In this document: positions 1 through 8,198 of the stretch, in pieces
Position numbering within the stretch: position 1 is the first letter of the stretch
Layout: each line of letters opens with the position of its first letter
Source: Heliobacterium mobile
Lineage (GTDB): Bacteria > Bacillota > Desulfitobacteriia > Heliobacteriales > Heliobacteriaceae
Assembly: GCF_009720735.1 (NCBI RefSeq)
Contig: NZ_WNKU01000006.1
Location: 60,610-92,609 of the forward strand
Length of the DNA stretch: 32,000 bases
Reading direction: 5' to 3'
Notes under the pieces: generated by a model
Databases searched by the model: none
What the model was told of the DNA's origin: nothing
Seen by the model: only the letters and a program-made list of their open reading frames with translations
Position numbers and translations under genes: made by a program

Positions 1-305
1 TGAATATATAGCAGGTCAAAATAGGGATTGCTCTTGATCGCCGTCGTGAGCACCTGCTTTTGCTTTTCTCCGTCAAACCCGATTACGTCATTATTTTGTG
101 CGAGGAGTTCAGAAACGCGGTAGGCCTTTTCCATAAAGGTCTGCACGTTTTTTGCTACCGTGGTTGTGATGACCCGGTTATTCTCGATCATGTATTGGGA
201 GTAATCGCTTTTCAGCATGAAGTAACCCACCAAATTATAGGTGAGAAAGGGGACTGTAACGAGAAATAAAAATGCAATCAACAACCGTGTCTTTATGGAA
301 CCCAT
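1..305 (-). CDS. Partial CDS, N-terminus only (the gene runs off the left edge). It has a TM helix and the start of an extracytoplasmic Cache-like sensor domain, as in a chemoreceptor or sensor kinase/cyclase.
   Basis: My own translation of the minus strand from ATG 305..303 gives MGSIKTRLLIAFLFLVTVPFLTYNLVGYFMLKSDYSQYMIENNRVITTTVAKNVQTFMEKAYRVSELLAQNNDVIGFDGEKQKQVLTTAIKSNPYFDLLYI, open to position 1. A GAGGGG RBS lies about 7 nt upstream. It is absent from the ORF track because there is no stop inside the window. Confidence 0.5.
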   Translation of the reverse strand, partial: MGSIKTRLLIAFLFLVTVPFLTYNLVGYFMLKSDYSQYMIENNRVITTTVAKNVQTFMEKAYRVSELLAQNNDVIGFDGEKQKQVLTTAIKSNPYFDLLYI

Positions 306-522
306 AGATACCCCTCACTTATTCCATCAATCATTTTACCGGTTATGTTCATTCTATTCGGTCTGCAACAAATAATTTGTCGAATCCTGTAATGAACGAA
401 TAATATTTCTAAAAATTATAAACTTTTAATTCTTCCTTAACGTGTTTGTCCCGTTTAGCTCGAATAGGTTTCTTCCATTTGTATATCCTAAGCAGTAAAT
501 CCACATCGGGAGGCCCTTTTGC

Positions 523-1332
523 ATGAGTCATCCTTCCAGCACTGAAGTGGCACAGGACGTTTTTTATGTAACCAATATGATGGTAAATGTCTGTTTCCTC
601 AGAGATTCCACTAGGCAAAACGATTGGGTTCTGGTCGATGCAGGTCTACAAAATGCAGTTGATCCGATTCGTCAGTTTTCCAAAGCTCAGTTGGGAAAAG
701 AGATCGCCCCGAAAGCGATTGTGCTAACGCACGGGCACTTTGACCACGTCGGCGCCCTCCCTGAGTTGCTGAAGAATTGGCACGTACCGGTCTATGCCCA
801 CGAGGCGGAGCTGCCTTACCTGACGGGCGAATCGGATTATCCACCTCCCGATCCCTCTGTGGGCGGCGGTTTGTTAGCGAGTGTATCCTCGGTGTATCCT
901 CATCACGGCATCAATTTAGGCGAACAAGTACAGCCTCTGCCCGCGGACGGAAGCGTACCCTATCTCTCGGGCTGGCGATGGATTCACACACCCGGTCACA
1001 CGCCCGGTCATGTCTCACTCTTTCGCGATCAAGATCGCGTTCTCATCGCCGGCGATGCGTTTACGACGGTCAAGCAAGAATCGGCTTGGGCCGTGTTGAC
1101 GCAGGACAAAGAGGTTCACGGACCGCCGTCTTACTTTACCATCGACTGGGTGTCTGCTCGAGAATCAGTGAAGAAGTTGGAAGCACTCCATCCTAGAGTG
1201 GTTGTCACTGGACACGGACAGCCGCTGCAAGGAGAATCTTTACGAACTCAGCTCGATGCACTCGCTGATGACTTTGCCCATCTCGCCGTTCCACCGCAGG
1301 GGCAGTATGTTCCCGAGCAATGGAAACGGTAA
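523..1332 (+). CDS. MBL-fold metallo-hydrolase
   Basis: 269 aa with the canonical metallo-beta-lactamase motif THGHFDHVG, later HTPGHTPGH, and a GDAF...TGHG arrangement. GGGAGG RBS 9 nt upstream of the ATG. Confidence 0.85.
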   Translation: MSHPSSTEVAQDVFYVTNMMVNVCFLRDSTRQNDWVLVDAGLQNAVDPIRQFSKAQLGKEIAPKAIVLTHGHFDHVGALPELLKNWHVPVYAHEAELPYLTGESDYPPPDPSVGGGLLASVSSVYPHHGINLGEQVQPLPADGSVPYLSGWRWIHTPGHTPGHVSLFRDQDRVLIAGDAFTTVKQESAWAVLTQDKEVHGPPSYFTIDWVSARESVKKLEALHPRVVVTGHGQPLQGESLRTQLDALADDFAHLAVPPQGQYVPEQWKR

Positions 1333-1354
1333 GTCCTTCAGGAGGATTCAACGC

Positions 1355-2515
1355 TTGAACATCCTTTTTCTGTCTCCCCACTTCCCCCCCAACTACTATC
1401 GCTTCTGCCTTCGCTTAAAAGAGCTAGGAGCAACCGTTCTCGCTATAGCTGACGAGCCTTTTGACCGTCTGCGCACAGAGTTGCAACAGGCCCTGACGGA
1501 GTATCGCCAGGTCGATAATATGGAAGATTACGATCAACTCTTGCGGGCTTGCGGCTATTTTACCTATCGCTACGGGAAAATGGACCGGATCGAATCTTTG
1601 AACGAACATTGGCTCGCCGGGGAGGCACGCCTGCGCACAGACTTTAACGTTCCTGGGATCAAAAATAAGGACACCGCAAAGATCAAGCAAAAGTCGGAGA
1701 TGAAAAAAGTATTTCGTTCCGCCGGCATTCCTGTCGCTCAAGGCGGGATCATTCCCACGATAGAGGCAGCGCGGCAATGGATTGCGAAGTTGGGCTATCC
1801 GGTGGTGGTAAAACCGGATATTGGGGTAGGGTCTGCGAAGACATACCGGTTGGAATCAGACCGGGACCTGGCACAGTTTTTCTCCGAAAAACCATATGTC
1901 GACTATGTCCTGGAAGAATACATCGAGGGAACGATTCATTCTTTTGACGGGATTACCGATAAGGACGGCCGGTTGCTTTTCGTCGCTTCCCATGTGTACA
2001 GCCAGGGCGTCATGGAAACGGTCAATGAAAAACGACATGTATCCTTCTACTCGGTGCGGCAAATTCCTGAGGACCTGATGGAATTGGGCCTGCGGACACT
2101 GAAGGCGTTCGATGTGAGAGAGCGATTTTTTCATTTTGAATTCTTCCGTACTAGCGATGGTTCCCTGGTCGCTTTAGAGGTAAATATGCGCCCGCCCGGC
2201 GGGCTCACCTTAGATATGTTCAACTTTGCTAACGATATCGACATTTATGGGCTCTGGGCTCAGTTGGTCATGGATCCTTCTGTAACCTTTACCTATGAGC
2301 ACAAGTATTATTGTGCCTATGTGGGCCGCCGGTCGAGCAACTCCTACGTGAACTCTCATGAGGAAGTGCTTACACGTCTAGGAGATCTCCTCTGCCACCA
2401 TGAGAGGCTCAGCCCCATCTTTCAATTGGCCATGGGTGATTACAGCTACCTGGTCCGTTCCACCCGGTTAGCCCAACTCCGAGAGGCCGTCGATTTTATC
2501 CTTGCGGTACGTTGA
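1355..2515 (+). CDS. ATP-grasp domain protein (carboxylate-amine ligase type, substrate unknown)
   Basis: ATP-grasp hallmarks are present: K.KSEMKKVF..AGIPV, GYPVVVKPDIGVGS, LEEYIEG, EVNMRPPGG. I moved the start to TTG 1355 (GGAGGA RBS at 1341-1346). The track start at 1202 would overlap the MBL gene by 130 nt. Confidence 0.75.
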   Translation: MNILFLSPHFPPNYYRFCLRLKELGATVLAIADEPFDRLRTELQQALTEYRQVDNMEDYDQLLRACGYFTYRYGKMDRIESLNEHWLAGEARLRTDFNVPGIKNKDTAKIKQKSEMKKVFRSAGIPVAQGGIIPTIEAARQWIAKLGYPVVVKPDIGVGSAKTYRLESDRDLAQFFSEKPYVDYVLEEYIEGTIHSFDGITDKDGRLLFVASHVYSQGVMETVNEKRHVSFYSVRQIPEDLMELGLRTLKAFDVRERFFHFEFFRTSDGSLVALEVNMRPPGGLTLDMFNFANDIDIYGLWAQLVMDPSVTFTYEHKYYCAYVGRRSSNSYVNSHEEVLTRLGDLLCHHERLSPIFQLAMGDYSYLVRSTRLAQLREAVDFILAVR

Positions 2516-2634
2516 GGCAGTTCCCTTTGGGTTAACTCATAAAACCACTGAGCATTCCGTTGAAAAATTAATCTTGTACTCGGCGATGAATTAGGCATTT
2601 AAATACAGGTAACACTTATCGATTAAACACAAAT

Positions 2635-2677
2635 GACCCGTAAGAGAGCACTTTTCAAAGTGTCTCTCTTACGGGTC
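2635..2677 (-). terminator. Hairpin between convergent genes, likely the terminator of the minus-strand partner-switching operon
   Basis: A 14-bp perfect stem, gacccgtaagagag / ctctcttacgggtc. On the minus strand it is followed by a T-containing tail (catttgtgttt). Confidence 0.55.
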
Positions 2678-2749
2678 ACAGTTCAGGGAAAGTCACTAAC
2701 TGCATAATAATGTCCCAGACGGTGAAGCGCATGAAAATTATGGCTCTCT

Positions 2750-3463
2750 CTATAATTCCCCCTCTAACCCAACGACCGTTCCTTCCGCACCGGACCAGAT
2801 CATCACCCTATTGCACCAGTGCAGCATAATAAAAAAACCGGACCCCAACGAATCCGATGTGGAATACCCGTTCATCAACGCCGCCTTCGGTAGATCCTCC
2901 AAGGCTATGCCATCTCCCGAATCGGCCACCCAAAACCGTATACGCCTCGGTTTTCCCGGGATCTCCCGTAACCAGTACTCCCCGCCTTCGGCATGTTTGA
3001 TCGCATTCGTCAACGCTTCCGATGCACAGAGTAAAAACATATTCTCCCGTTTCAGCGCCTCTGTGCTCCTATCCTGAACTTTGAGCGCCGCTTTCGCTTG
3101 AAGGCGCATCTTCCGGATATCTAAAGGATCCTTCACCGTCCCTTGAATGATCACAGACCCTTCTTGCATCCACTGCTCTTTTTCATCATCGTTCATTACA
3201 ATCAGATGTCCTTGCGTACTCGCATACATCACCTCCCGGTATACTTTGCGTTCATAATCGTGCCGGTGCCGTTCCTTCCACAGAACGTCCGTAACGTCCA
3301 GCGCAAGAATACTGCCGAGCCCCGTCGATACCGGCAAAAAGTGCACGTCATAATACCGTCCATCCCATTCCAGAAGTTCTCGTTTGGCCGCTTGTTCTCG
3401 CAAGGCTGCCTGGATCCCACCAGTTAAAAAATCTTCCGGCAGTCCTACTCGGACCTCCTCCAT
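2750..3463 (-). CDS. GHKL-type Ser protein kinase of the RsbW/SpoIIAB (anti-sigma regulatory factor) family, with a ~110-aa N-terminal extension
   Basis: N-box EALTNAIKHA, G1 box ADSGDGI and G2-like SLGSGFFIM lie in the C-terminal ~125 aa. The N-terminal part resembles only the C-terminal half of a PAS fold (GRYYDVHFLPVS..GSILALDVTDV). The start is uncertain because AGGAG abuts the ATG. Confidence 0.7.
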   Translation of the reverse strand: MEEVRVGLPEDFLTGGIQAALREQAAKRELLEWDGRYYDVHFLPVSTGLGSILALDVTDVLWKERHRHDYERKVYREVMYASTQGHLIVMNDDEKEQWMQEGSVIIQGTVKDPLDIRKMRLQAKAALKVQDRSTEALKRENMFLLCASEALTNAIKHAEGGEYWLREIPGKPRRIRFWVADSGDGIALEDLPKAALMNGYSTSDSLGSGFFIMLHWCNRVMIWSGAEGTVVGLEGEL

Positions 3464-3542
3464 CTCCTGTAGGATTTTACCGTTATATACCCAAAAGCGG
3501 CTACTGGAAAGCCCTCCTATAAGTTGTTTTATTTTATCGATG

Positions 3543-4637
3543 TTACTCCCTCCTCACTACAACCGCTGTCATATCATCCCACCGTTGTTGACCTTCCGGA
3601 TATGCCCGGGCAGCCTTAAAAATCCCATCGAGCATTTCTCGAGCCTTCAAAAGCCTCGCCTGTTGAACCACTTTAGCCAAGCCCTCTTTACCTAACCCAC
3701 GTCCATCTGCTTGCCACGAATCCAGGATGCCATCCGAGTACAAGAGCAGTGTATCTCCAGGTTGAATCGCTTGAAAATTAACTGTATAGCCCGGCTTTTC
3801 TGTCATTCCCAACGCGGGCCCTTTTCCGCTCAAAAACTCTGCTTGCTCGCCATGAATTCGTAACGCTGGGTGATGTCCGGCATTAACGTATGTAATTCGG
3901 CCACTTTCTACATCGAGAACCATAAATAACATGGTGATAAAGGCTCCCGCGTGATAAAGATCCCGGAATAAAGACTGGTGAATCCATTCCACCGTACTTC
4001 CTGTGTCTCGGTACCGAGCCGCCGCCTGCCGTATCACCTGCCTGGCCATGGTCATCCACAAGGCCGCTTGAACGCCTTTCCCCATCACATCGGCAACCAC
4101 TAGAATAACCTTTTTCTCCTCTTGAATAGGGATGATATCATAGTAATCGCCGCCCAGCGCACGAGCGGGTATACTCCGTCCAAACACCTGCCACCGGGTC
4201 GGAGCAATCCAATTTTTCGGTGCCAGCAAAGAAAGCAGATTGGCGGCCAATGTCTCCTCTTTTTCTCGCTCTAGCCGCCGGGCCTCAGCCGCTCGCAATG
4301 CGGTTACATCACGCAACACCAGCATAATTCCTTCAAATTCGCCGACTCCACCATACATGGGTGATGTAATCACCTCATAAAACCGCATTTCCTGATTCAG
4401 CCGTATCTCCTTGGTAAGTATGGAGGAGTCCATTTTTCCCGCATAAGCACCCACATCGAGCTCAACCCAGGAAATCAGCTGAGCCAGACGTTCCTCCATA
4501 GACTCACCCGGAAACAACTGCAACACTTTTTCGGCTTCTTGATTCCACTCCGGCAGCTGCTTATCGGCGTAATAAATAAACACTGGCGTCGGATACAACC
4601 GCGCTACGTCGATGGCGGAGAGCGTTCCATTTCCCAT
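3543..4637 (-). CDS. PAS-domain PP2C (SpoIIE/RsbU-type) Ser phosphatase
   Basis: 364 aa with an N-terminal PAS-like module ending in LVLRDVTALRAAE, followed by PP2C motifs GGDYYD, VADVMGKG and LLLYSDGI...DDMT. Its ATG overlaps the STAS stop by 1 nt (TAATG). Confidence 0.85.
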   Translation of the reverse strand: MGNGTLSAIDVARLYPTPVFIYYADKQLPEWNQEAEKVLQLFPGESMEERLAQLISWVELDVGAYAGKMDSSILTKEIRLNQEMRFYEVITSPMYGGVGEFEGIMLVLRDVTALRAAEARRLEREKEETLAANLLSLLAPKNWIAPTRWQVFGRSIPARALGGDYYDIIPIQEEKKVILVVADVMGKGVQAALWMTMARQVIRQAAARYRDTGSTVEWIHQSLFRDLYHAGAFITMLFMVLDVESGRITYVNAGHHPALRIHGEQAEFLSGKGPALGMTEKPGYTVNFQAIQPGDTLLLYSDGILDSWQADGRGLGKEGLAKVVQQARLLKAREMLDGIFKAARAYPEGQQRWDDMTAVVVRRE

Positions 4638-4942
4638 TACTCTGCCCCCACTATTCGTAATACCCCGATTAAATCCAGCACATCTCCGATTTCCTCGTTA
4701 TAGCCAGTTAAGCGAACTCGCGCTCCACGTCCCTGGATTAAGCGAATCATCTGCACCAGGGCGCCAACACCGGTTGAATCCATAAATCCGATGTTGGCCA
4801 AATCGAAAACCATCTTTTCGAAGGATACCGATGCGATATACTGTTCGACTTTCGTCTTAAACAGATTCGCCGATGCCATATCCAGATCTTCGTTCAACTT
4901 GCATATGAGAACAGTCCCGTTTTCTTCAAATTGTATATTCAT
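4637..4942 (-). CDS. STAS-domain anti-sigma-factor antagonist (SpoIIAA/RsbV-like)
   Basis: 101 aa from MNIQFEENG, with a GGGAGG RBS 8 nt upstream. The phospho-acceptor motif FMDSTGVG (Ser56) is conserved. The start lies 2 nt after the DUF342 stop. Confidence 0.85.
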   Translation of the reverse strand: MNIQFEENGTVLICKLNEDLDMASANLFKTKVEQYIASVSFEKMVFDLANIGFMDSTGVGALVQMIRLIQGRGARVRLTGYNEEIGDVLDLIGVLRIVGAE

Positions 4943-4944
4943 CC

Positions 4945-6702
4945 TTAAAACCTCCCTCTCTCCACGACGAGACGCCCATCTTCCGTACGGCATTTCACCT
5001 GCAGTTCAAGTTTTACCGTCTTTGATATCACGGTTCCAAGACGTAAAATCACCCCTGAATGAAGCACCTTCGCTGAAATGGTCCCTTTTTCGCCGACGAC
5101 GGCTTCTGTCTCCACGTCCCCCGGAGAACCTAATTCTCCGCAAATGATCGAGAAACCACTCGCCGTTCCTCCACGAAAGACCCCTCGTACGGAGATATTC
5201 GACCCAGAGCGCACTTCTGAATTGATCGCAGAGCCATTTACAGTGACTGATCCTGAGCCAACAATTTGGCTATTCTGAACATTTCCGACAGTGACTTCAG
5301 CTGTTCTCGCCACTGATTCTTGAATATCTTGTTCCTTTCGAGCCATCTCATCCACTAAGGCGGCTACCTCATCGAGGGAATTAACCTTGGTTATACTGGG
5401 CCCAAGGAGCATCTCCTTCAATTCCTTCACCAGTTCTGGAATAACCTCAGTGCCTACTTGAATGACCTTTTCCACATAGCCCGGCACATCACGGTATTTA
5501 TTTTCCATCAGCAACGCAAATAAGGGTCCATCGCCCGTTTGCGCCAAATCTTTGAATCGGAAAGCTGGATTTCTTTTTAACTGCTCTATAGCTTGCAAAC
5601 AGTCCTGCATGCGTTTTACCAGTGGAGATAAATACAGCAATACCGATTTCAAGGAAGCCTGAATCCCACCCGCTTCCACAGTTCCACCAATGACATTTTT
5701 GCTAACGATAATATGGCTCCCAGCCATCAAATGCCCTCCATAGACGGAGCCATCCACCGTGATTGTCCCTGTTGCTTCTACAATAAACCCTTCCTGCACA
5801 TCTCCTTTTATAGAGACGTCTCCCGGGAAATGGATATTCCCCGTTGTCAAATCTACACTTTTACATTCGAAAACCGGCAACACTTCCAACACCCGTCGAA
5901 CCGGGTCCCAACGGGGCCTTCCCGACGTTGTGGCGACGTATTGGCGCCCTTTTACGGCCACCCCGTGGCCCACCTTGATCGCGAGCCCTTTGCCGTCCTT
6001 AGCCGAAATCACTTTACCCCGGACCGTTAAGCCCGGTTTTCCTCGCACATCTCCTGCCCGTATCGCCACTAATCGTCCAATCTCGACCCCGTAAACTGAT
6101 TTTTCCCGATAATTGACGAGATCCTGTTCTCCTACTTCTCGCTGCTTCGGTTCCACCAAGCGAAAAATTTCATCTTCACCATTCAGCGCCGCTTGTCCCC
6201 GTGCTACTACAAACCTGCCACAGCGCTTTTCTTGCAGTGCAAGCAAGACTTCCTGCAAGTTCGTCTCTGCAGTGACACCTGCACGTTGAAGTGCTTGCAC
6301 TACCTCTCCCTCCGAGATGTCGCCGGGCGGTACTTCCCGATCGATCTCCCCTTCTACCACCACCTGTACTGCAGGCTCTGTTGGTGCTGCCTTATATTCT
6401 GTTTTAGGCCCAAAGCGAGTCACCACTTCCGCTACCAACTCATCGCTCGATAAGATGACCTCGATTTCCGATAGTGCCGGAACTTCTTCAGGGACGATTC
6501 GAACCTTTGACTCTTCCGATACCACCACGGGTTCCCGAATCTCTTCGCCATCTACATAAACCGTTACGTGCTGTCCCGGAGAAACTACCGGGTACCGTCC
6601 GACACCGTTGGGGTTCTGAACTCGAACCAGGCCGGTCTGATCAATCCAAACTTGTCCATCAACGTTTATCGTAACGTCCTTTTCCGGTTCCTTTGATGAC
6701 AT
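4945..6702 (-). CDS. DUF342 / FapA (flagellar assembly protein A)-family protein
   Basis: 585 aa from MSSKEPEK, with a GAGGTGG RBS. It has an N-terminal beta-rich domain, a central beta-helix-like region of repeated G-x-hydrophobic strands (GNIHFPGDVSIKGDVQEGFIVEATGTITVDGSV...), a coiled-coil segment, and C-terminal repeated strands (GSVTVNGSAINSEVRSGSNISVRG). Confidence 0.7.
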   Translation of the reverse strand: MSSKEPEKDVTINVDGQVWIDQTGLVRVQNPNGVGRYPVVSPGQHVTVYVDGEEIREPVVVSEESKVRIVPEEVPALSEIEVILSSDELVAEVVTRFGPKTEYKAAPTEPAVQVVVEGEIDREVPPGDISEGEVVQALQRAGVTAETNLQEVLLALQEKRCGRFVVARGQAALNGEDEIFRLVEPKQREVGEQDLVNYREKSVYGVEIGRLVAIRAGDVRGKPGLTVRGKVISAKDGKGLAIKVGHGVAVKGRQYVATTSGRPRWDPVRRVLEVLPVFECKSVDLTTGNIHFPGDVSIKGDVQEGFIVEATGTITVDGSVYGGHLMAGSHIIVSKNVIGGTVEAGGIQASLKSVLLYLSPLVKRMQDCLQAIEQLKRNPAFRFKDLAQTGDGPLFALLMENKYRDVPGYVEKVIQVGTEVIPELVKELKEMLLGPSITKVNSLDEVAALVDEMARKEQDIQESVARTAEVTVGNVQNSQIVGSGSVTVNGSAINSEVRSGSNISVRGVFRGGTASGFSIICGELGSPGDVETEAVVGEKGTISAKVLHSGVILRLGTVISKTVKLELQVKCRTEDGRLVVERGRF

Positions 6703-6999
6703 GCAAACCACCTCTTGTGAACGCGAAATTAATTGCATATATTCGTGAAAAACGCCTTAATTCCTGCATCTGTATAATGGGGGCTTTGATCTAAGCCTCA
6801 TGTTCTAATAAATTGATAGTAGAGGAAGATTTTTAAACAAACCTCTCGGGACTGGCGGTTTTAGTAATTTTAAAACCAAAGACCACGACTTCCGATGAAC
6901 GGATACTACCACGGAGTTTTCGCTTGTTTAGAAAAGTTTTCGAAAGATGATGCAATTTCTTAGTTCCCGTAACTTAACTTTTGGCCACTCATTAAAAAA

Positions 7000-7037
7000 C
7001 TACCTGAGTGAGGAGTCATATATCCTCACTCAGGTAG
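7000..7037 (-). terminator. Rho-independent terminator of prkA-yhbH
   Basis: A 15-bp perfect stem, ctacctgagtgagga / tcctcactcaggtag, starts 3 nt after the yhbH stop. A T6 run follows on the minus strand. Confidence 0.85.
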
Positions 7038-7040
7038 CTC

Positions 7041-8195
7041 TTATTTTGACTCCCCAGTCTCTCTAAAAAAAGTCTTCAACGCAGAATAGACTTCTGTCTT
7101 ATCCCGGATGGTCACCGTAGAGAACTTTTCGTTTTGAATCTTCCGGAAGGCATTCATCAAGGTACTGGAAAAATGAGACCGTACGATTTCCCCATAACCA
7201 AACTGGTTCGTTTTATTTAAAAGGTCGCTGACGAGACGTACACAAGGTTCATTATCTGTAGACAGGTTGTCGCCGTCAGAGAAGTGGAACGCATAGATAT
7301 TGTAATCCTGCGGCGGATATCGCTGATCGATGATGTCGTTAGCCAGTTGGTAGGCTGATGAGCACCGCGTTCCGCCCGATTCGCCTTTGGTAAAGAACTC
7401 TTCCTCGGTCACTTCCTTGGCTTCCGTGTGGTGGGCGATAAAGACGATCTGTACGGCATGATACTTGGTGCGTAAAAAGCGGGTCATCCAGAAGAAAAAA
7501 GTGCGGGCAATATACTTTTCGAAGTTTCCCATGGAACCAGACGTATCCATCATGGCGAGCACGACGGCGTTGGCATGCCGTTCATGATGAATCTCCCAGG
7601 TTTTGAACCGAAGATCATCGGGAAGGACGGGGAAAAAACCGGGGTTGCCGCGCATGGCATTGCGCTTATAGGCTTCTATCAGAGTCCGCTTGCGGTCGAT
7701 ATTGCTTTGCAGTCCCTTTTTGCGGATGTCTGTAAACCGATACGATTCGGTTTCCAGTTCCGGTGCAGCTTTCTGCTCCATGTTCGGTAGGCATAGATCG
7801 GAGAAGAGGATGGTTTCGATTTCATCGATATCGACTTCCGCTTCGAAGTAATCGACCCCAGGTTCATTGCCAGCACCGCCTTGACCTTTTCCTGGAGTCG
7901 GTTGCAGTTCGCGCCCAAGAACATCGCCGACCTTACTGTCGCCGTCGCCTTGCCCAATATGCTTTTGTTTGTTGAAGTCGTAGCGGATCCGGTACTCTTC
8001 CAAGGAACGGATAGGGACTTTGACGGTCTTTTGGCCGTCATTGAGGATCAGCGCTTCTTCGCTGATGATCGAGGGAAGGTTTTTTCGAATCGACTCCCGC
8101 ACTTTTTCCTGATGCCGAGCCTGGTCTATATGTCCTTTCCGGTGGAGAGACCAGTCTTCCCGATTGAGGATAAAGTCGCCCGACAATCGCTCCAC
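7041..8195 (-). CDS. yhbH: YhbH/YeaH family protein (DUF444, vWA-like), sporulation-associated partner of PrkA
   Basis: Strong family signature throughout: WSLHRKG, VKVPIRSLEEYRIRYD, MMDTSGSMG, FFFWMTRFLRTKY, HHTEAKEV, GESGGT, FHFSDGDN. The track start GTG 8195 sits inside the AGGAGGTG RBS, so TTG 8186 may be the real start. Confidence 0.9.
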   Translation of the reverse strand: MERLSGDFILNREDWSLHRKGHIDQARHQEKVRESIRKNLPSIISEEALILNDGQKTVKVPIRSLEEYRIRYDFNKQKHIGQGDGDSKVGDVLGRELQPTPGKGQGGAGNEPGVDYFEAEVDIDEIETILFSDLCLPNMEQKAAPELETESYRFTDIRKKGLQSNIDRKRTLIEAYKRNAMRGNPGFFPVLPDDLRFKTWEIHHERHANAVVLAMMDTSGSMGNFEKYIARTFFFWMTRFLRTKYHAVQIVFIAHHTEAKEVTEEEFFTKGESGGTRCSSAYQLANDIIDQRYPPQDYNIYAFHFSDGDNLSTDNEPCVRLVSDLLNKTNQFGYGEIVRSHFSSTLMNAFRKIQNEKFSTVTIRDKTEVYSALKTFFRETGESK

Positions 8196-8198
8196 CTC

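Noticed and set aside
60-269. 69-aa plus-strand ORF at the left edge
   Set aside because: It lies entirely antisense to a better-supported partial minus-strand CDS (TM helix plus Cache-like sensor with an RBS at 306-320). It has no RBS of its own.
780-796. TGGCAC motif resembling a sigma-54 -24 element
   Set aside because: It lies inside the MBL coding sequence, and the required TTGC -12 element at the correct spacing is absent.
611-1196. ORFs 611..844 (-) and 777..1196 (+) inside the MBL hydrolase gene
   Set aside because: These are off-frame or antisense translations rich in Arg, Ser and Gly. The MBL frame carries the HxHxDH motif and explains the region.
1202-1354. N-terminal 51 codons of the 437-aa ATP-grasp ORF
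   Set aside because: This would overlap the MBL gene by 130 nt. An in-frame TTG at 1355 has a GGAGGA RBS, and the conserved protein starts there.
6771-7037. A plus-strand TATAAT (6773-6778) pointing at the bidirectional hairpin at 7000-7037, as a possible ~250-nt sRNA
   Set aside because: There is no acceptable -35 at 16-18 nt spacing, and the TG is misplaced for an extended -10. I recognise no RNA family. The region is more simply the promoter and leader of the minus-strand operon, and it is covered as a low-interest finding instead.
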